A stretch of 62,252 nt of DNA, counting the filler, from Rhabdomonas costata (taxonomy: Eukaryota), in NCBI GenBank assembly GCA_019059605.1. It is 35 parts of 35 records of this genome, joined end to end, with 100 filler letters (N's around TTAATTAATTAA, not from the genome) between each part and the next. Parts side by side here need not be neighbours in the genome. Positions count along the whole stretch, not along the records: positions 49,895 to 51,574 come from JAHMHO010010759.1; positions 51,675 to 53,354 come from JAHMHO010010760.1; positions 53,455 to 55,134 come from JAHMHO010010761.1; positions 55,235 to 56,914 come from JAHMHO010010762.1; positions 57,015 to 58,693 come from JAHMHO010010763.1; positions 58,794 to 60,473 come from JAHMHO010010764.1; positions 60,574 to 62,252 come from JAHMHO010010765.1; 28 more parts are not named here. The stretch is one strand, 5' to 3'. This document shows positions 49,895 through 62,252 of the stretch, one piece after another. The notes beneath the pieces are model-generated. The model was given only the letters and a program-made list of their open reading frames with translations. It had not been told where the DNA came from and did not search any database. Each line of letters starts with the position of its first letter. Position 1 is the stretch's first letter. Position numbers and translations under genes: made by a program.

Positions 49895-50694
49895 TTGTGG
49901 GGCCGTGGCCGATGCCCCACCACCGCGCCGGTGGTGGGGCACCCATGAGGCCTCGGGAGGATCCATACCCCATGGCCGCGGCCCCCCACTCGGGGTACCC
50001 CCCGCGGTTCTCGGGACCTCACGAACGGTATTCCAACGTGCGTCATTCTTTACTCACGTGTCGGTTTCGATTTCAGCCCTACCTGTTTTCTTACGGGGGA
50101 AGGCCGAAATTGCCGTGAAAAGAGGACTTTTTTGGCAAAAGGAGACCTGTACACAAGAGCGTTTGGAAGAGCACCCAGGGGGGACCTTTGCAGAAACTCG
50201 GGAGGCTTCAAAGGCTGCTTCGTGCCGTTTGGGGGTCACATCGACATGCGATAACCGAAAGGATCATTCAGAAAATGTGCCATGCGAAGACGCAGAGCAA
50301 GGGAAACCGGTAACGCACGTTGCGACTGATCGGAATATATGTGCTAGGTTTCTGTGTCAACGTAAAGGGATGGTTGGCCAAGCTATCCGGATAGCCAGCC
50401 AATAATAATAGGAGAGCAAGACCGAGGCGAAGTTTTTGTAATTGAGGATCCGAATGGTTTAGATTTTTCTGCAATGGTTCCTTATTCAGTCGAAATGTGC
50501 CCAACGTTTCGGGGGCGCTTGCCTTCCCAACAAACCCAGACACAAACCCAGGGTTACGCGTTCCTGCGCTGTGGGAACTGGGAACGCTCTTTCTTTTTAG
50601 GGAAGACCCTCGGTTTCCCTACCGCCCTCCTGCCTACCCGTACCAAGAGTCTCAGGGGGCTTCCAGACGACCGCCCCCGCGGCGGTACTATTGA
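49895..50694 (+). CDS. Pro/Arg/Tyr-rich C-terminus of an unknown protein, last two exons
   Basis: Exon to 50027 plus exon 50601-50694(TGA), GT-AG and in phase (…GPHER|EDPRFPYRPPAYPYQ…RRYY). Confidence 0.55.
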
Positions 50695-51220
50695 TTCCAA
50701 GGCTGTTGCCATTGGTGCTCCTTCGTAGCTTGAGGAGTGAGTGGACGACATTTTTGTGTTGGCTACAGGTGCCACTGATGCTCTTTTTGAAGTATAGGGA
50801 CCGATCGTTTTGTGAATTCGGGAACCCTTGTCAGCACTTCTTCTGTACAGCGTTGGGGCACGCTTGCAAGAGCGGGCAGGGGCTCGCTTTCCGGAAGTGA
50901 GGAAACAATTTGTTTCACTGAAGAAGACAGGTCTGAGCTGGCGAGAAGGTCGACGGAATTCCCTCACTCCCAAAACCTGTTTACTGATCTCTTTGCCGCC
51001 CGTTCTCCGGAAAGCGCAGTTTGTCATGTGGCAAAGGTGGTTGTGTTGCCACGGGTCACCTCTGTGGTTTCAACAGTTTTCTTTCTTCTACATTCTCTGC
51101 ACCTGCACCAAATTTTGCTTGGAGACTCACGTCAGCTGAAGGAACACACAAGTCCCTTCGCGCTTGCATTCAAACCCTATTTTGAGCAGCAGAGAGAGTG
51201 AGAGAGAAGAAAGAGTGGTA

Positions 51221-51416
51221 ATGGCTGGTCGACATGGCCACGGCGGCCGGTACTACGGGGTCACTGATGCCGGGGATAACGTGGCAGAGGAACCCCTGCC
51301 ACCCCTTGGGGGTGGCCAAAGAGTGCTTCTGGGACTGTTCGCGGGCGTCGACCTTGCTGCGGTGGGCTTCTTGTACGGCCAGCGGTACCACTTTGACCTC
51401 GACACGCTTTTGAAAG
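51221..51416 (+). CDS. First exon of an unknown, probably membrane, protein
   Basis: ATG at 51221, GC-rich codons, hydrophobic VLLGLFAGVDLAAVGFLY, donor G|GTGTGC. Confidence 0.5.
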
Positions 51417-51974
51417 GTGTGCGAGGGGTCATTTTTACTGTGTTTTGCTCTTTAGTTAGGGTTGGACATTTGTTACCTTCGTCACTTTCATTTGCACGCG
51501 AAACTTCGTGAGCAGAAACAGAAAAAGAAACTCGAGCAAGCACAAGTGTGCCTAAGTCAAAGAGCCACAAACACNNNNNNNNNNNNNNNNNNNNNNNNNN
51601 NNNNNNNNNNNNNNNNNNTTAATTAATTAANNNNNNNNNNNNNNNNNNNNNNNNNNNNNNNNNNNNNNNNNNNNTGCTTCGAAAGACAGAAGTTTGGATG
51701 GGGTAATATCCTGAAACGGGGATATTCCAAGGAAATGTTGGGCTTGGTCTTCCATAAGGCAGGAAGTGCACACCTGTTCTCTGGGCTTGCTCTGCTCGCG
51801 TGGAGGAATGGGCTGCACGAGGCCAAGGCCTCTCCTCTCTAAGAACACAGAAGGCGTAAGCAGGCATGGCGCAGCTATCATCTTTGAGAAAAAACATACC
51901 AACCAGGCATCACAGGTCGGAGCACCTCCCTTTCCCTCTTGCATCGTAAGTGGGGAGGAGTGCCTTGTGCAACC

Positions 51975-53180
51975 TGGCCGCTTCATCCTCGAGATGTGGT
52001 CCGTGACGCTTTGTTGCCGCTGAAGCTGCAGGTCGGGCGCGTTTTCTGCGGAGAAATATGTGAACCTGTGTCGCGTTTCTCGTGGACGAAGACCAATAAG
52101 GAAAAACCCCAATGTTCCTTCTTCGGTGAATGATGGAAGCAAGAAAAAACATAATGAGCACGATTTGGTTGTTCAGCTGTTTCGGTCGCTTTCCAACGGC
52201 ATCCCGTCAAGAAACCAGAAGGAAGGCAAAAAAAACAGCCGGAGGGAGAAATGCGAACGCACACTTCTCCGCTTCGGGGGGTCCGGGCCGGTCAGCGTGG
52301 CTCCCGGCATGGGCAAGTACGGGCACACCCACGCCCGCTTCTCCGCCTCCGACATCTCGCTGACCAAAGGGGTGGAGCTCCGAGTCTTTGGCGACACCTG
52401 GCCCCCCGAGAGGAGGTCCGCGAAGCTCGAGGACTCCGTCAGCAGGGCGAAGGGCCGGATCTCAGCTAAGCTGCGGGTGCGGCTCCGGCTGCGGCTTCGC
52501 AATGCACCCGGCACGGGATCGTGTGAAGCGGACTCACACACACGGGTCCAGCTCTCAGCGGTGGCGAAATGCATATTTTATAGGAGCTCGAAGCTTCTGA
52601 CGTGCAGCTTCCTTTGAATTGGCACCTTATGGGTGGAGCCGCCCTTCCGCGGGCGCGGGACGAGGAAAACCCCCAATGCAGACCCGTGAATTTCCTGATA
52701 GCCATCCCGTATGGCGATGGCCATCCTCAGCTTTTATCTTCTTTGACTCAGGGACCCAAATTTCCCTATTTTTGTTCACAGTCTCTTTCCATTCTTACAC
52801 CAAACAAAACCTGGTAAGTCAAGAGCAAGTCCTCTTTGAAAATAAAGGAATGGCAAAACCTAGACGGTCCAACAGCATTTTTCTGGGAATGAAATTTCTT
52901 GCTGGAGAGCCCAGTTGTTTTTCCACGATGTTCTTTTGTTCGCCGCGGCTGTGAGAGGGGGGAGAGGTGTCGGAGGGTCCCTGCAGGAGCACCGGGGGGA
53001 GAACGGGCAGCACGGGGATAGCGGTGGCTGCCGAGGTGCTGCTGAGCCCCGGGCTGGCCGCGGTGGAGGAGAGGAGGGTGGTGGCCGCGGTGGCCGGGGT
53101 GCGGGAGGAGGCCCCCAAGCCGGTGCGAGGGGAGATGATGGACTGGTGCCGAGAGGAGATCCCCGCGAGGAGGTGACCCC
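51975..53180 (-). CDS. Ser/Pro-rich hypothetical protein, about three exons (partial)
   Basis: GC-rich blocks at ~53180-52944, ~52465-52266 and ~52045-51975 can be joined in phase. Borders are approximate. Confidence 0.4.
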
Positions 53181-54339
53181 GCGAGGTGGGAGACTGTGCA
53201 CGGGGAGGAGATTTTCGTAAAAAATAACGTGAAAAAAACGAGCAACAAAGAGAATCAGAGAGAAAATGAGAGAAAGGAGGGGGGGACTAGGACGTCCGCT
53301 GACCTTATACATAATGGCGTTACATCACTGGTTTACAATGTCGACCAACAAACANNNNNNNNNNNNNNNNNNNNNNNNNNNNNNNNNNNNNNNNNNNNTT
53401 AATTAATTAANNNNNNNNNNNNNNNNNNNNNNNNNNNNNNNNNNNNNNNNNNNNTTTTTTGCTTTATTTGAGAGTTTATTTTGTTTCAGGATTCAAGATG
53501 CCTCCATGAAAAATGCATCGAATCCCAGTTGCTGCCAGTGCGAGGGTGCTCAACAGTTTGGCAGCATCCGCGTTTGGGAGGCTGATTTGGATGTGGAATT
53601 TTTGTACCAGAGTGTATGTGTGAATTTGGTGAATTTTTTTTGCCTAGCGACAGTTCCACCCACTTGCCCGGTTGCCTGGTGTTTGTTTTTCTCGAAGGGT
53701 CGTGTGAGTGGGTGCTGATTTTTCTTGCTTTCTTTTTTTTACAGCTGATGGCTTTTTCTTCTTTGAGTCAATTCACTTCTTTTCAACAACATCTCGCTCC
53801 TTCTTTCTGTGCTGGTTCGCTACTTGCCGTTGCCGCGTATTCATGCATTGGAAATGCTCCGCTTTTAGTATTCCTCGGTCGCTGCTTTTGTGCCGTGACC
53901 TTCCTCGCTGGCGGATGCAGACTTCTGGTTGGGTCATCAAAAATGGCTCCGTATGTCGTCGCTGCCCTCGCCCCCTGCTCGAATTGGTACAGGACTGGTT
54001 GAGCGCTGGAATTCAGTAAAAATCTGTTTTTTGGAATTAGTACATTTCGATACATCGCCCAATTCTCTGTGATGTTTTTAGAATGCACCATATGATGTTT
54101 CAGACCCTTCTGCTATGTGGGGCAAAAAGTGGCGTGAAAGTGATACGAATACGATTGTTCTGTTGGTTTGCCCCATAAGCACGGGTGAGTTTGTGGGGTC
54201 CTTCCTTCACAAGCATAAAAAAAAATACACAATACCCTAAGCTGACACCTCTCATCTAAAAATATTTCCAAGTTACTGTGGAGACCCCACCCCCCAGCTT
54301 GAACATATGAGCTATCGTTCCGGATGGTACCGAATCCGG

Positions 54340-54530
54340 GAATAGTGCCCACTATTCACAATTCTGCGTGAAGAGTGGGCACCATCCAGAAATTCACAAA
54401 AACCTTGGATAGTGCCCTCTACGAGGTTGGGTAGTGAGCGCTTTTCAAATTCAAGGCTTGTGCAGTGCCCACTGTCGAATCGTGTGGAGTGGCGTCTATT
54501 CAAACAACCACGGCGAATAGTGCCCACTAC
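54340..54530. repeat. Array of ~7 TAGTGCCCACTA-like quasi-palindromes in alternating orientation
   Basis: Copies near 54341(+), 54374(-), 54409(+), 54431(-), 54463(+), 54488(-) and 54515(+). Confidence 0.7.
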
Positions 54531-55592
54531 ACGCGTTTTAACGGCAATACACTAGAGAGCGATACACGTTCCCCAGACTTCCAATAAATTGTTTGCAGGG
54601 GGTTAGAGGCGATAAGCGTTCACCACTCTTCCAGTAAACTGGACTTCATCAGTATTTGCAGCGGGTCCTCCCGATCTCGACGACAGTTGAACAGGAAGCA
54701 GGGAAAGAAATACTTGTCCTGAATAGGGACCGCATCGCTACCCGAGACTCTTCTCCATCTCTTTCACACACCTTTTTTCAAAACTGCCCAGAAACCTTCA
54801 ACGGCATTCGTGCAAACACCACTGCGCGAAAGAAAACCTGTCTTGCGTTTCACTGTGCCGTACCTGTACTTTCGTCGAATCAACGATAAACAGCAAGTTG
54901 GTCTGTCAAAACTCTGCAACCTTCGCAAAAAAGGCGCTTTCACCGGGTGGGATGTGAAAAGTAGCCGCTCGACGAACCACGAACTTTTCTCCGATCCGAG
55001 AGCCACAACATTTCAACTCCTCCCTATCCAACTCTTCTTCTGCTTAATTGCTTTTTCTCGCTGATGTTTCCCTCTGCATCTGTCCAGGCACCGTCCAGCG
55101 TCCAGCGCACCCCAGCATCCCTCTCCCAAAAAACNNNNNNNNNNNNNNNNNNNNNNNNNNNNNNNNNNNNNNNNNNNNTTAATTAATTAANNNNNNNNNN
55201 NNNNNNNNNNNNNNNNNNNNNNNNNNNNNNNNNNTGATGACCGGTTGACGCATAATTTCCATGCACCATGGATTGCCAGCAACAGAGCCACCCAAAAGAA
55301 GAGCTATCGGCATATTGCGCGAGCAACACCGCACAAAGGATCGGTTGTCACAGATAATGCAGAAAAAAGCAGGATATGAGGGGCAAAATTCAACGAAAGA
55401 CTTATAGGGCTATAGATCAAAAGAGAACAACGAAGAAAGAAACAAAGAAGAACACACGGAAAAAACTCAACGCATTAAAATTAGCCGCATTCAAATCGAT
55501 TCACCTCTATTCTGAACTGAATCTCTCTCCGCATTAGTGCCCTGAGAAAAATACAATCGTATGAAACGCGTTGTGTCGGGTGAGATGTAAAC

Positions 55593-56906
55593 CTGATCGC
55601 ATACACAGCGGGCCTGGAGCCCTGGAACGGGAAGGAAGCACAGGCCGTGCCCCGAGCAGGCCAGAGAGGCATTCGTGGTGGCACACCGCAGGGTGCACAG
55701 CGGCCCCACGGCGTTTACGGAACAGCTCTGGCAGGCCGTAGCCCTGAGAATAATCAGCGTGACGCAACCGAACAGAAGCGCGAATAGACCCACAACACCT
55801 CATGGAAGTACAGCATGCCGACAGAACCTACTGTCATCAGAGCGACTAAATCCGTTCCCTGCAGAAGGAAATACACATTTCTTCTGGCCACTCCCTCTCA
55901 CCTTGATTTCGGATAAGTATCCCGCACACCACGATTGTTGAGGTTCGGATCGCGTAAAAGCAAAAAACTAACATGGATGATTGGAGTAGTGGAGAAGGGA
56001 TGGGGGTGTGCATACGAGTCCCAGTACCCATTCACGGGGTCGCTGTAGCACGTGCACCGCCCGGTGAAAGAGTTGCATTGTCCGTGGCCGTGGCAAGGCT
56101 TCGCCGCGCCCCCTTCGCAAGGCAGGCTGCAGTCGAGGCCGGCCCAACCGCTGAGGCATCCGCAGGTTCCATTGCTGCACAACAAATGGACAAGCGGGAC
56201 AATTCCGAAGCCTCTGCGGGTCGAAAAGGAACCCGATGGCAGGTGTACCTTCAGCGAGCAATGCCCAATGCGCATGATGCAAGATCACCAAAATACCTAT
56301 TCCAAGCACAAAAAAAGGGTCTGGGTCTTTAAGTGGTCGGAAAACCCGAATCCCGAACACTCACCACAACCTTGGAGACAACGTCAAAGAGGGCAAACGA
56401 GTTCTGAGCGAGTAAGTCAACCACTCGTCCAGATGCTTGAGCAGCACGAAAGATGAGAAAACGACTTTGTGTGAAAGGGCTCTGTGGCGGGCGACCTCTG
56501 GAGCTACGAGTAAGGAGAGACGGCGACTCAAAGACCACTCATTATTATACACCCCGAAGCCCCTTAAACCTCCAAGCCAACCACCCAGTAGTAAGACATG
56601 CTTGGCACATACCCAGAGACTCCCCCGGAGTAGCTCGAGGCGTGGCCCGAGCACACCACCACCGTAGTTACTCCCTCGGCGGACACCAAGGAGGTGTACC
56701 CTGGCACAGTGGAGCTACAGTTGGTCCCGAAGAGGCCCACGCTGCAGTCCTCACAGACCGCCCCAATCCACCCCGAGGCACATACGCAGCGGGCACCCCC
56801 CACACCCGCCGTGCACACGCCATGGCCAGAGCAACTGACGTTAGCACCAGCAGAGGATGAGCCCAGCAGGCATGTCTGGTCACAGGCTGGACCAACGTAG
56901 CCGCTT
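55593..56906 (-). CDS. EGF/laminin-EGF repeat surface protein (partial, three exons)
   Basis: Exons 56906-56613, 56174-56016 and 55743-55593 are GT-AG and in phase. Repeated CSGHGxC…CxCxxGWxGxxC. Confidence 0.88.
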
Positions 56907-58300
56907 CTGAAAATNNNNNNNNNNNNNNNNNNNNNNNNNNNNNNNNNNNNNNNNNNNNTTAATTAATTAANNNNNNNNNNNNNNNNNNNNNNNNNNNNNN
57001 NNNNNNNNNNNNNNTTGCTCGATTTTTGGTCTTTGCTTCTTTTGTAATCAAGGTGCAGGCTGCTGCTGGTTTTTTCAGCAAAAAAACTATTTTGTTAGTA
57101 ATGATTTGTGATCCGGTCTGTTTTTTTGGGGAGTGGGGGCGTTAAACGGTATAGCACCATTATACGGTCATAGGGCGGTATATGAAAAAACGATTTTTGG
57201 CCATTCCGTTGTCTTTCACGTTGGTCAGTATTGGTGGAAGGAACTCATTCCTTGCTGGGAAAAGGGATTCGATTAGTTTAGGGGCGGAAGCCAGCCGCGG
57301 CGCGGCCGTAGCGGGCGGGGACGTTCCCTTGGGGGTATATTTCAATTTGTGACGATACAGCTCAAACCGAAGCATGTACACTAATGTATAGGTGGGCAGG
57401 GGTCCCGGGAGTTTGGTCCCTCGTCGTATGACACCATTTAACGTGATACCGTCTTTGATGAACCGCAGATGGGGTTCAAAAGTGCCACGTCTGGTCTGCA
57501 CGCCAACTTATTAAATGGCGGTAGCAGCATGTTCTGACCTGTGCTGTGGATGTGTGAACTGCAGTACTGTACAGGTACTTCTCCGAAAACCCGGGAAAAT
57601 AGTAAGTCCAACAAATATTGTCCGCGTCTCGTCCAAAACGTCACAACCGAAAAAAGTGCAGTCTATATCATCATTTTCCGACCCAGAAAGAGACTGTGAA
57701 AAAGCTGGTTTTTACCTGGAGGTGCTTTTGCTTATTGTTGTTTCCACCCCCACTTCTTGCTTTTGAGACGTCGCGGGCCAAATGAACCATGGTTAAAAAA
57801 TCCTGTGAGGGCGTCTGCAGAAGCAGAGTGCAGGAAGCTTAGTACTTGCAAACAAAACACAGAAAACAAGGGGAACGTTTGAAAATTGGTGTGCAGAAGA
57901 GAATTTCATGTGTGGGGCAGGAATAATTGCGTAATTTGGGGACTGACAAGTGGGCTTGGTAGGATGAGCAATGTGAGAATCAGGGTGGGAGGAGAGGAAA
58001 GTAGTGGAGAAAGGGGGTGAAAAGGGAGTGATACGGTTGGTGTTGCAAAAAGAAAAGAAACTGCGGGGAAATTTTCATTTAAAAATGGCCGACATTGCAG
58101 GAATGAAAATGTGCGACAAAACCAGCGAATGTCCACCTGACATAAAAGTGGGTGAGGGTAAGTTGAGCCCAGAACTTCACCCGGCTGGAGTGAGGGGGCG
58201 ATGAGGTCCCCGAGAGAGGAGGAAAGAACTCAGCCTGAGATCGGGTTGAGAAATGGCTCACACCAATTTCTGTGTGATAGGGGATGTGGGGTGTTGGAAG

Positions 58301-58470
58301 GTTCCAGCGAAACCGAGGGGATCCCGGTCAACCCGGTGTACAACGTGGGCTTCTTCAACCCCAAGTGGGATCCGGTCCAGGGGCGGCACCTTCCCAGGGA
58401 GCGAATTGGCCTATTTGCTCCATTGAAGCTCGAGGAGAGAATGCTCTACCTGTTCTGCCGCAATCCTGAG
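58301..58470 (+). CDS. Exon resembling the C-terminal lobe of SAMHD1-like HD-domain dNTPases
   Basis: VNPVYNVGFFNPKW…RERIGLFAPLKLEERMLYLFCR fits 'NP...V.F…..llP..f.E..lrvyck'. AG/GT borders. Confidence 0.6.
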
Positions 58471-58815
58471 GTGAACAGGAAGGCGTGTCTTGTGCGCACT
58501 CACACTTACACATACCCCGAGATTCCGCAGCGGAAAGAAGCTGGAAGACGAACATGTTTGCCCCACGATGGTGATGCCGGCAGGGGATGGCCTGCAAGTG
58601 CCAACGGTGTCCATTCGTCCACCCGAGGGAGGAGTGCCTAGAACGAACCCGTGTGGAGATGGACCCGTGCAGAGGCAGAAGCCCACCCACCACNNNNNNN
58701 NNNNNNNNNNNNNNNNNNNNNNNNNNNNNNNNNNNNNTTAATTAATTAANNNNNNNNNNNNNNNNNNNNNNNNNNNNNNNNNNNNNNNNNNNNGGTTTTT
58801 GTGGGGGGCGGATAC

Positions 58816-59915
58816 GTTCAGCGAGGAGTTGTAGCCCAGGAAGGACTTGCAGGACTGGCACCCGTACAGCGGAGTGTTGGGGGGCGTGGAAGGTTTCGCG
58901 ATGACCTGCGGTGTGTATTCATGTGTACGCTGCGTGGCTGGTGGTGCCTTGGGTCCATGGGGAAGTTCACAGTGAGGCAGCGACTATATTGCAGGTACCA
59001 TGGATGATGGGACCCGGCGATGTTGTTGCTGCTCATCAGACCTTGAAGACTTCAAGAAGGTAATTCCTGCTGCGTAGCAAGGTGAGGCAATCCGCATGGT
59101 GGACCTATCCGGCGACTACTCGGGTACCTCTCTCCTGCCAGTGGGGAAAAAACCATGGGGATGGGTGAGGGCCTTTCTTGTCATCCAGTGTGTGGTCCTT
59201 CGTTTGCTAATCGGGTGCCCCGTTTCCGTGCTATTCCTGGATGCCTCTCTTCCTTGTACTTTTCATTACTAAAATCATCAGGAACTGCCCGACACGGCGG
59301 AAAAACTAAAATGTGCTTTTGCCTAAAAGGTGTTGGTATATTTATTAACCTTGGGTTTGAGATTTGGAATAATAACATCTAAATGGCCAAACTTATGCTA
59401 AAAAAACTTTACACATCATTTGTGGTGGCTCAAACCTACTGGTGGGCGCCTGGTAATTCAAGCTCCTTGCTTGCACTTTTATCAATTAGGCTATAAGTAA
59501 TCCAAGTACACATTAAACAGAAAGAAACAGAGCTGGGCCCCAATTCCTCCACAGCATCTTTGGGTCGCCTTTGAGCACGCATGAAAAGTCGAAAACCCGT
59601 GACCAGAAGGGAAAGGAAGGGGATTTCAGAGAGGTCTGCCCGCCCCCTATCCAGACACTCGCAAGTGCAAGTAGGCAGATTTCGCACATTTTAAATAACG
59701 CTGTCTTCCGCAGCGTCCGCGATTCATCGGAAGGAATATTGCACTTGCCTGACGACCTGAAGCACGCGGCTGACCGGCTCGTAGTCGATGCGGTGGTTGA
59801 TGCAGAAGATGAAGGACCCGGTCTGGCCGATCGCGAAGGTTGCGCGGCGGTTCTCGTCCAGCGGGCGGGGGTCCCCCCCAGGGGCCACCCCGACACAGCT
59901 ACCGTACAGCGGCAC
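58816..59915 (-). CDS. Hypothetical protein, three exons including a microexon (partial)
   Basis: Exon 59915-59749 (GC donor GCAAGT), microexon 59066/59069-59042 and exon 58905-58816 join in phase (…VSRVLQVVR|NYLLEVFK|VIAKPSTPPNTPLYGCQSCKSFLG…). Confidence 0.5.
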
Positions 59916-62252
59916 CTTCACCCACAGCGTAGAGCACCCTGCGCAACAGGTGCGCTCAACATGAAAAACACGTTTTCATGTTTGAAAATGTCGAAGGCTG
60001 TATCTTCCCGCGCACGCGTCCACAGAAACACATTCACCCTCACCCTTACAACAGCCCTTGAACAGGGTGGAGTTGACCTGTTCCAGTATCTACCACTCGG
60101 GTATGTTTTCTTCCTCTTGTGAAGGACCAGGAAACAGAAGCCGACCCTACTAGTGCGCTGTAATATTCCTGTTCTGAAGATGTTCCTGCTTGGCTGCTTT
60201 GGAGAGGGCATATGTACATCATGCCCAAGCACCGTCACAAATAAGAACGTCCCATCTCGCCTCATCTATTGTTTTCCTTTCCCGGAACGCCCCAAAGCGG
60301 TCAATAATCAATCACGACAACGTGTCTCATTGTTCTTGCAGATACGCTCTCTTTTGCTCAACCGTCGCAGCCGCGCTACGTGGTCCCTTGTGTCCAAAAA
60401 GTGAGAGGATGAATGGAAAAAATAACTAAAAACACCACCAAAACGGAGCCAAAAACGCAGCTATGCTTCAAAANNNNNNNNNNNNNNNNNNNNNNNNNNN
60501 NNNNNNNNNNNNNNNNNTTAATTAATTAANNNNNNNNNNNNNNNNNNNNNNNNNNNNNNNNNNNNNNNNNNNNGTTTTGTGTGCATTTCTTCAGGGCTTT
60601 CTAGACTTCAACAGTGGCGTGCCCAAGAAAGCCCCAGCAAGCGAACTGCCCAGCAAAACACAGGCAAGACTAAGAGCAAACAGCACTGGCACTGTAGAAG
60701 TCTAGAAAGCCCTGAAGAAATGCACACAGGAGGCCAAAATTGTCACCTTCGAAGGCAGCGGAAAAATCCGGGACACATCAAAGGGAAGAGCCACAGCAAG
60801 TCACATTGAGGAAGCCCTTCCCTTCCCCGACCCTTCCCATACCGCTGCCTTCTGACCCCCCACTGCGACGGTAGAGAAAAAGGCCTTCGAAAGTGGACGG
60901 AAACCCGCGGGGATTAGTGCAGGAGCAGGAGGGAGGAAGGAGGCTAGGAGACAGATTTCAACATGCGGAACAGAAAATGTCGTCCTCGGAGTCCGCTGTG
61001 TGCGGTTTTCTCCAGCAATGTGGGGTGCCAGGAAAATCCCGCCCAGCCGCGACACAGGCACGACATCCGCACATCTTCCAAAGCACACTCAGAAGAGTGG
61101 CAACCAAAAATGATCTCGCGCCCATCCTAGCCACATCAAAGCAGTCTAAAAGACCCCGAAAACACCCCACCTACCACACCCACACACCCACATACACGCA
61201 CACAGGCCTTCGCAAACTCTGGCCCGGCTGCGGGTGGCCAGACCAACCCAACTCCGAGCAGCCCTTCCCTTCCCTTCCCACGCCTTCCCCAAATATTGTT
61301 ATGGGAACTTGCTGGCTGGTGTTGAGGGAACACCTCACAACGCAACGGCTCTGAAGCAACAAAAGACAAGGTGACGGGCCATCCTCCTTATCCCGAACCG
61401 CCGCAGCACTCCTCGGGCGTACAAGTGCGTGCGGCGCAGCGCGTCGGGCTGGTGAGGATCCGTGGGCCGTTCGGGCAGAGAATACCCCGGCAAGAATATT
61501 CTGAGTGAGTGAAAAAAGGTAGAAAAGACACAAAACGCGTAGGAAGAAACAGAGAAAACGGTGGACGGAGAAGGTGCCACAAAACGTGCCGGCAGCGCAC
61601 CCGAGTGGCTGCAGAGAGCTGAGCGCAACAGCGGCACGCCACTCAGGAGGTCAGATAGTGTCTCTGCACAGGTGCTTTCAGGGAGAGTTGGGAGGTGCGG
61701 GTTGACTATTGGGGTAGTGAGAGAGTGGATCAAGGGTTGACGGAGAGGTTTTTTTTTTTTTGGAAAAAGACCATGTGGGTGCTGTCGTGAGCCCTCCGCT
61801 GTGTGGAGTAAGAACGGTTCCAAAAAGGATCATCACAACCGGGAGGGGACTCAGGAAATCCTGACCCCCAAAACCGGTCTCGCGGCGTTTCGGGAGGCCT
61901 GGCTGGATTTACAAAAGACCCCAGGCCGGCTTCGGCTTTGCCCTCAAGCGACGACAATGCCACTTTATTCCTCCCGCCTCCACCTCCGACCCGGACCAAC
62001 TTCCCACATCCATGGTTGATGCCTATCAACGTCGTCCTCAGCTGAGGTGGAAAATTTGTACAGAGACGTCCTTCAGGTCATTCATAACTTGGTGGTACCA
62101 CACGCATCGCATGAATCTTGCTGTGTTGCCCCACTCTTTCTGTGGTGGTTGCCCATCAGCCTCGGCCAGTCATCCCATCCTTCCGCCTCCCATTCCAACA
62201 TTCCCTCCTTACAAAACCGAGCCCACTATTATCATCGGGTCCACCCACAACC

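Noticed and set aside
56174-56613. Suspected non-conventional intron in the EGF gene
   Set aside because: An ordinary GG|GTATGT…TGCAG|C splice restores the frame.
1683-60573. Regularly spaced TTAATTAATTAA as a CRISPR-like or biological repeat
   Set aside because: Always embedded in 44+44 Ns. It is a scaffolding linker.
1-62252. Operon or gene-cluster interpretation across the window
   Set aside because: Contigs are unrelated and ordered by length, so adjacency across linkers carries no information.

Overview
This is not one genomic locus. It is a pseudo-scaffold of 35 unrelated contigs of about 1.68 kb, roughly sorted by length and joined by 100-nt linkers (N44-TTAATTAATTAA-N44, stops in all six frames). 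Synteny across linkers is meaningless, and ORFs ending in X-runs or 'LIN' are artefacts. Most contigs start G/T-rich and end C/A-rich, with near-matches to TGTGTTGGGTGTGTTTGG, which points to whole-genome amplification with G/T-only primers. The DNA is from an intron-rich eukaryote with TTAGGG telomeres, short GC-rich exons, degenerate GT donors, some GC donors, splice acceptors just before start codons, and at least one stem-loop intron lacking GT-AG ends. That combination suggests a euglenid (inference). Recognisable gene fragments: NEK kinase, two divergent kinases, ACSBG-type acyl-CoA ligase, AidB-like acyl-CoA dehydrogenase, AAAP amino-acid permease, MFS transporter, bestrophin, DUF1232 protein, and WWE, TPR, SNF2, vWA, EGF-repeat and SAMHD1-like proteins. 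The best lead is a ~404-nt intervening sequence in the WWE gene (35957-36360). Its ends form a ~31-bp G-U-rich RNA stem on the coding strand only, it is flanked by a 6-bp direct repeat, and it looks like a transposon-derived non-conventional intron. All family assignments come from motif recall, not database searches.
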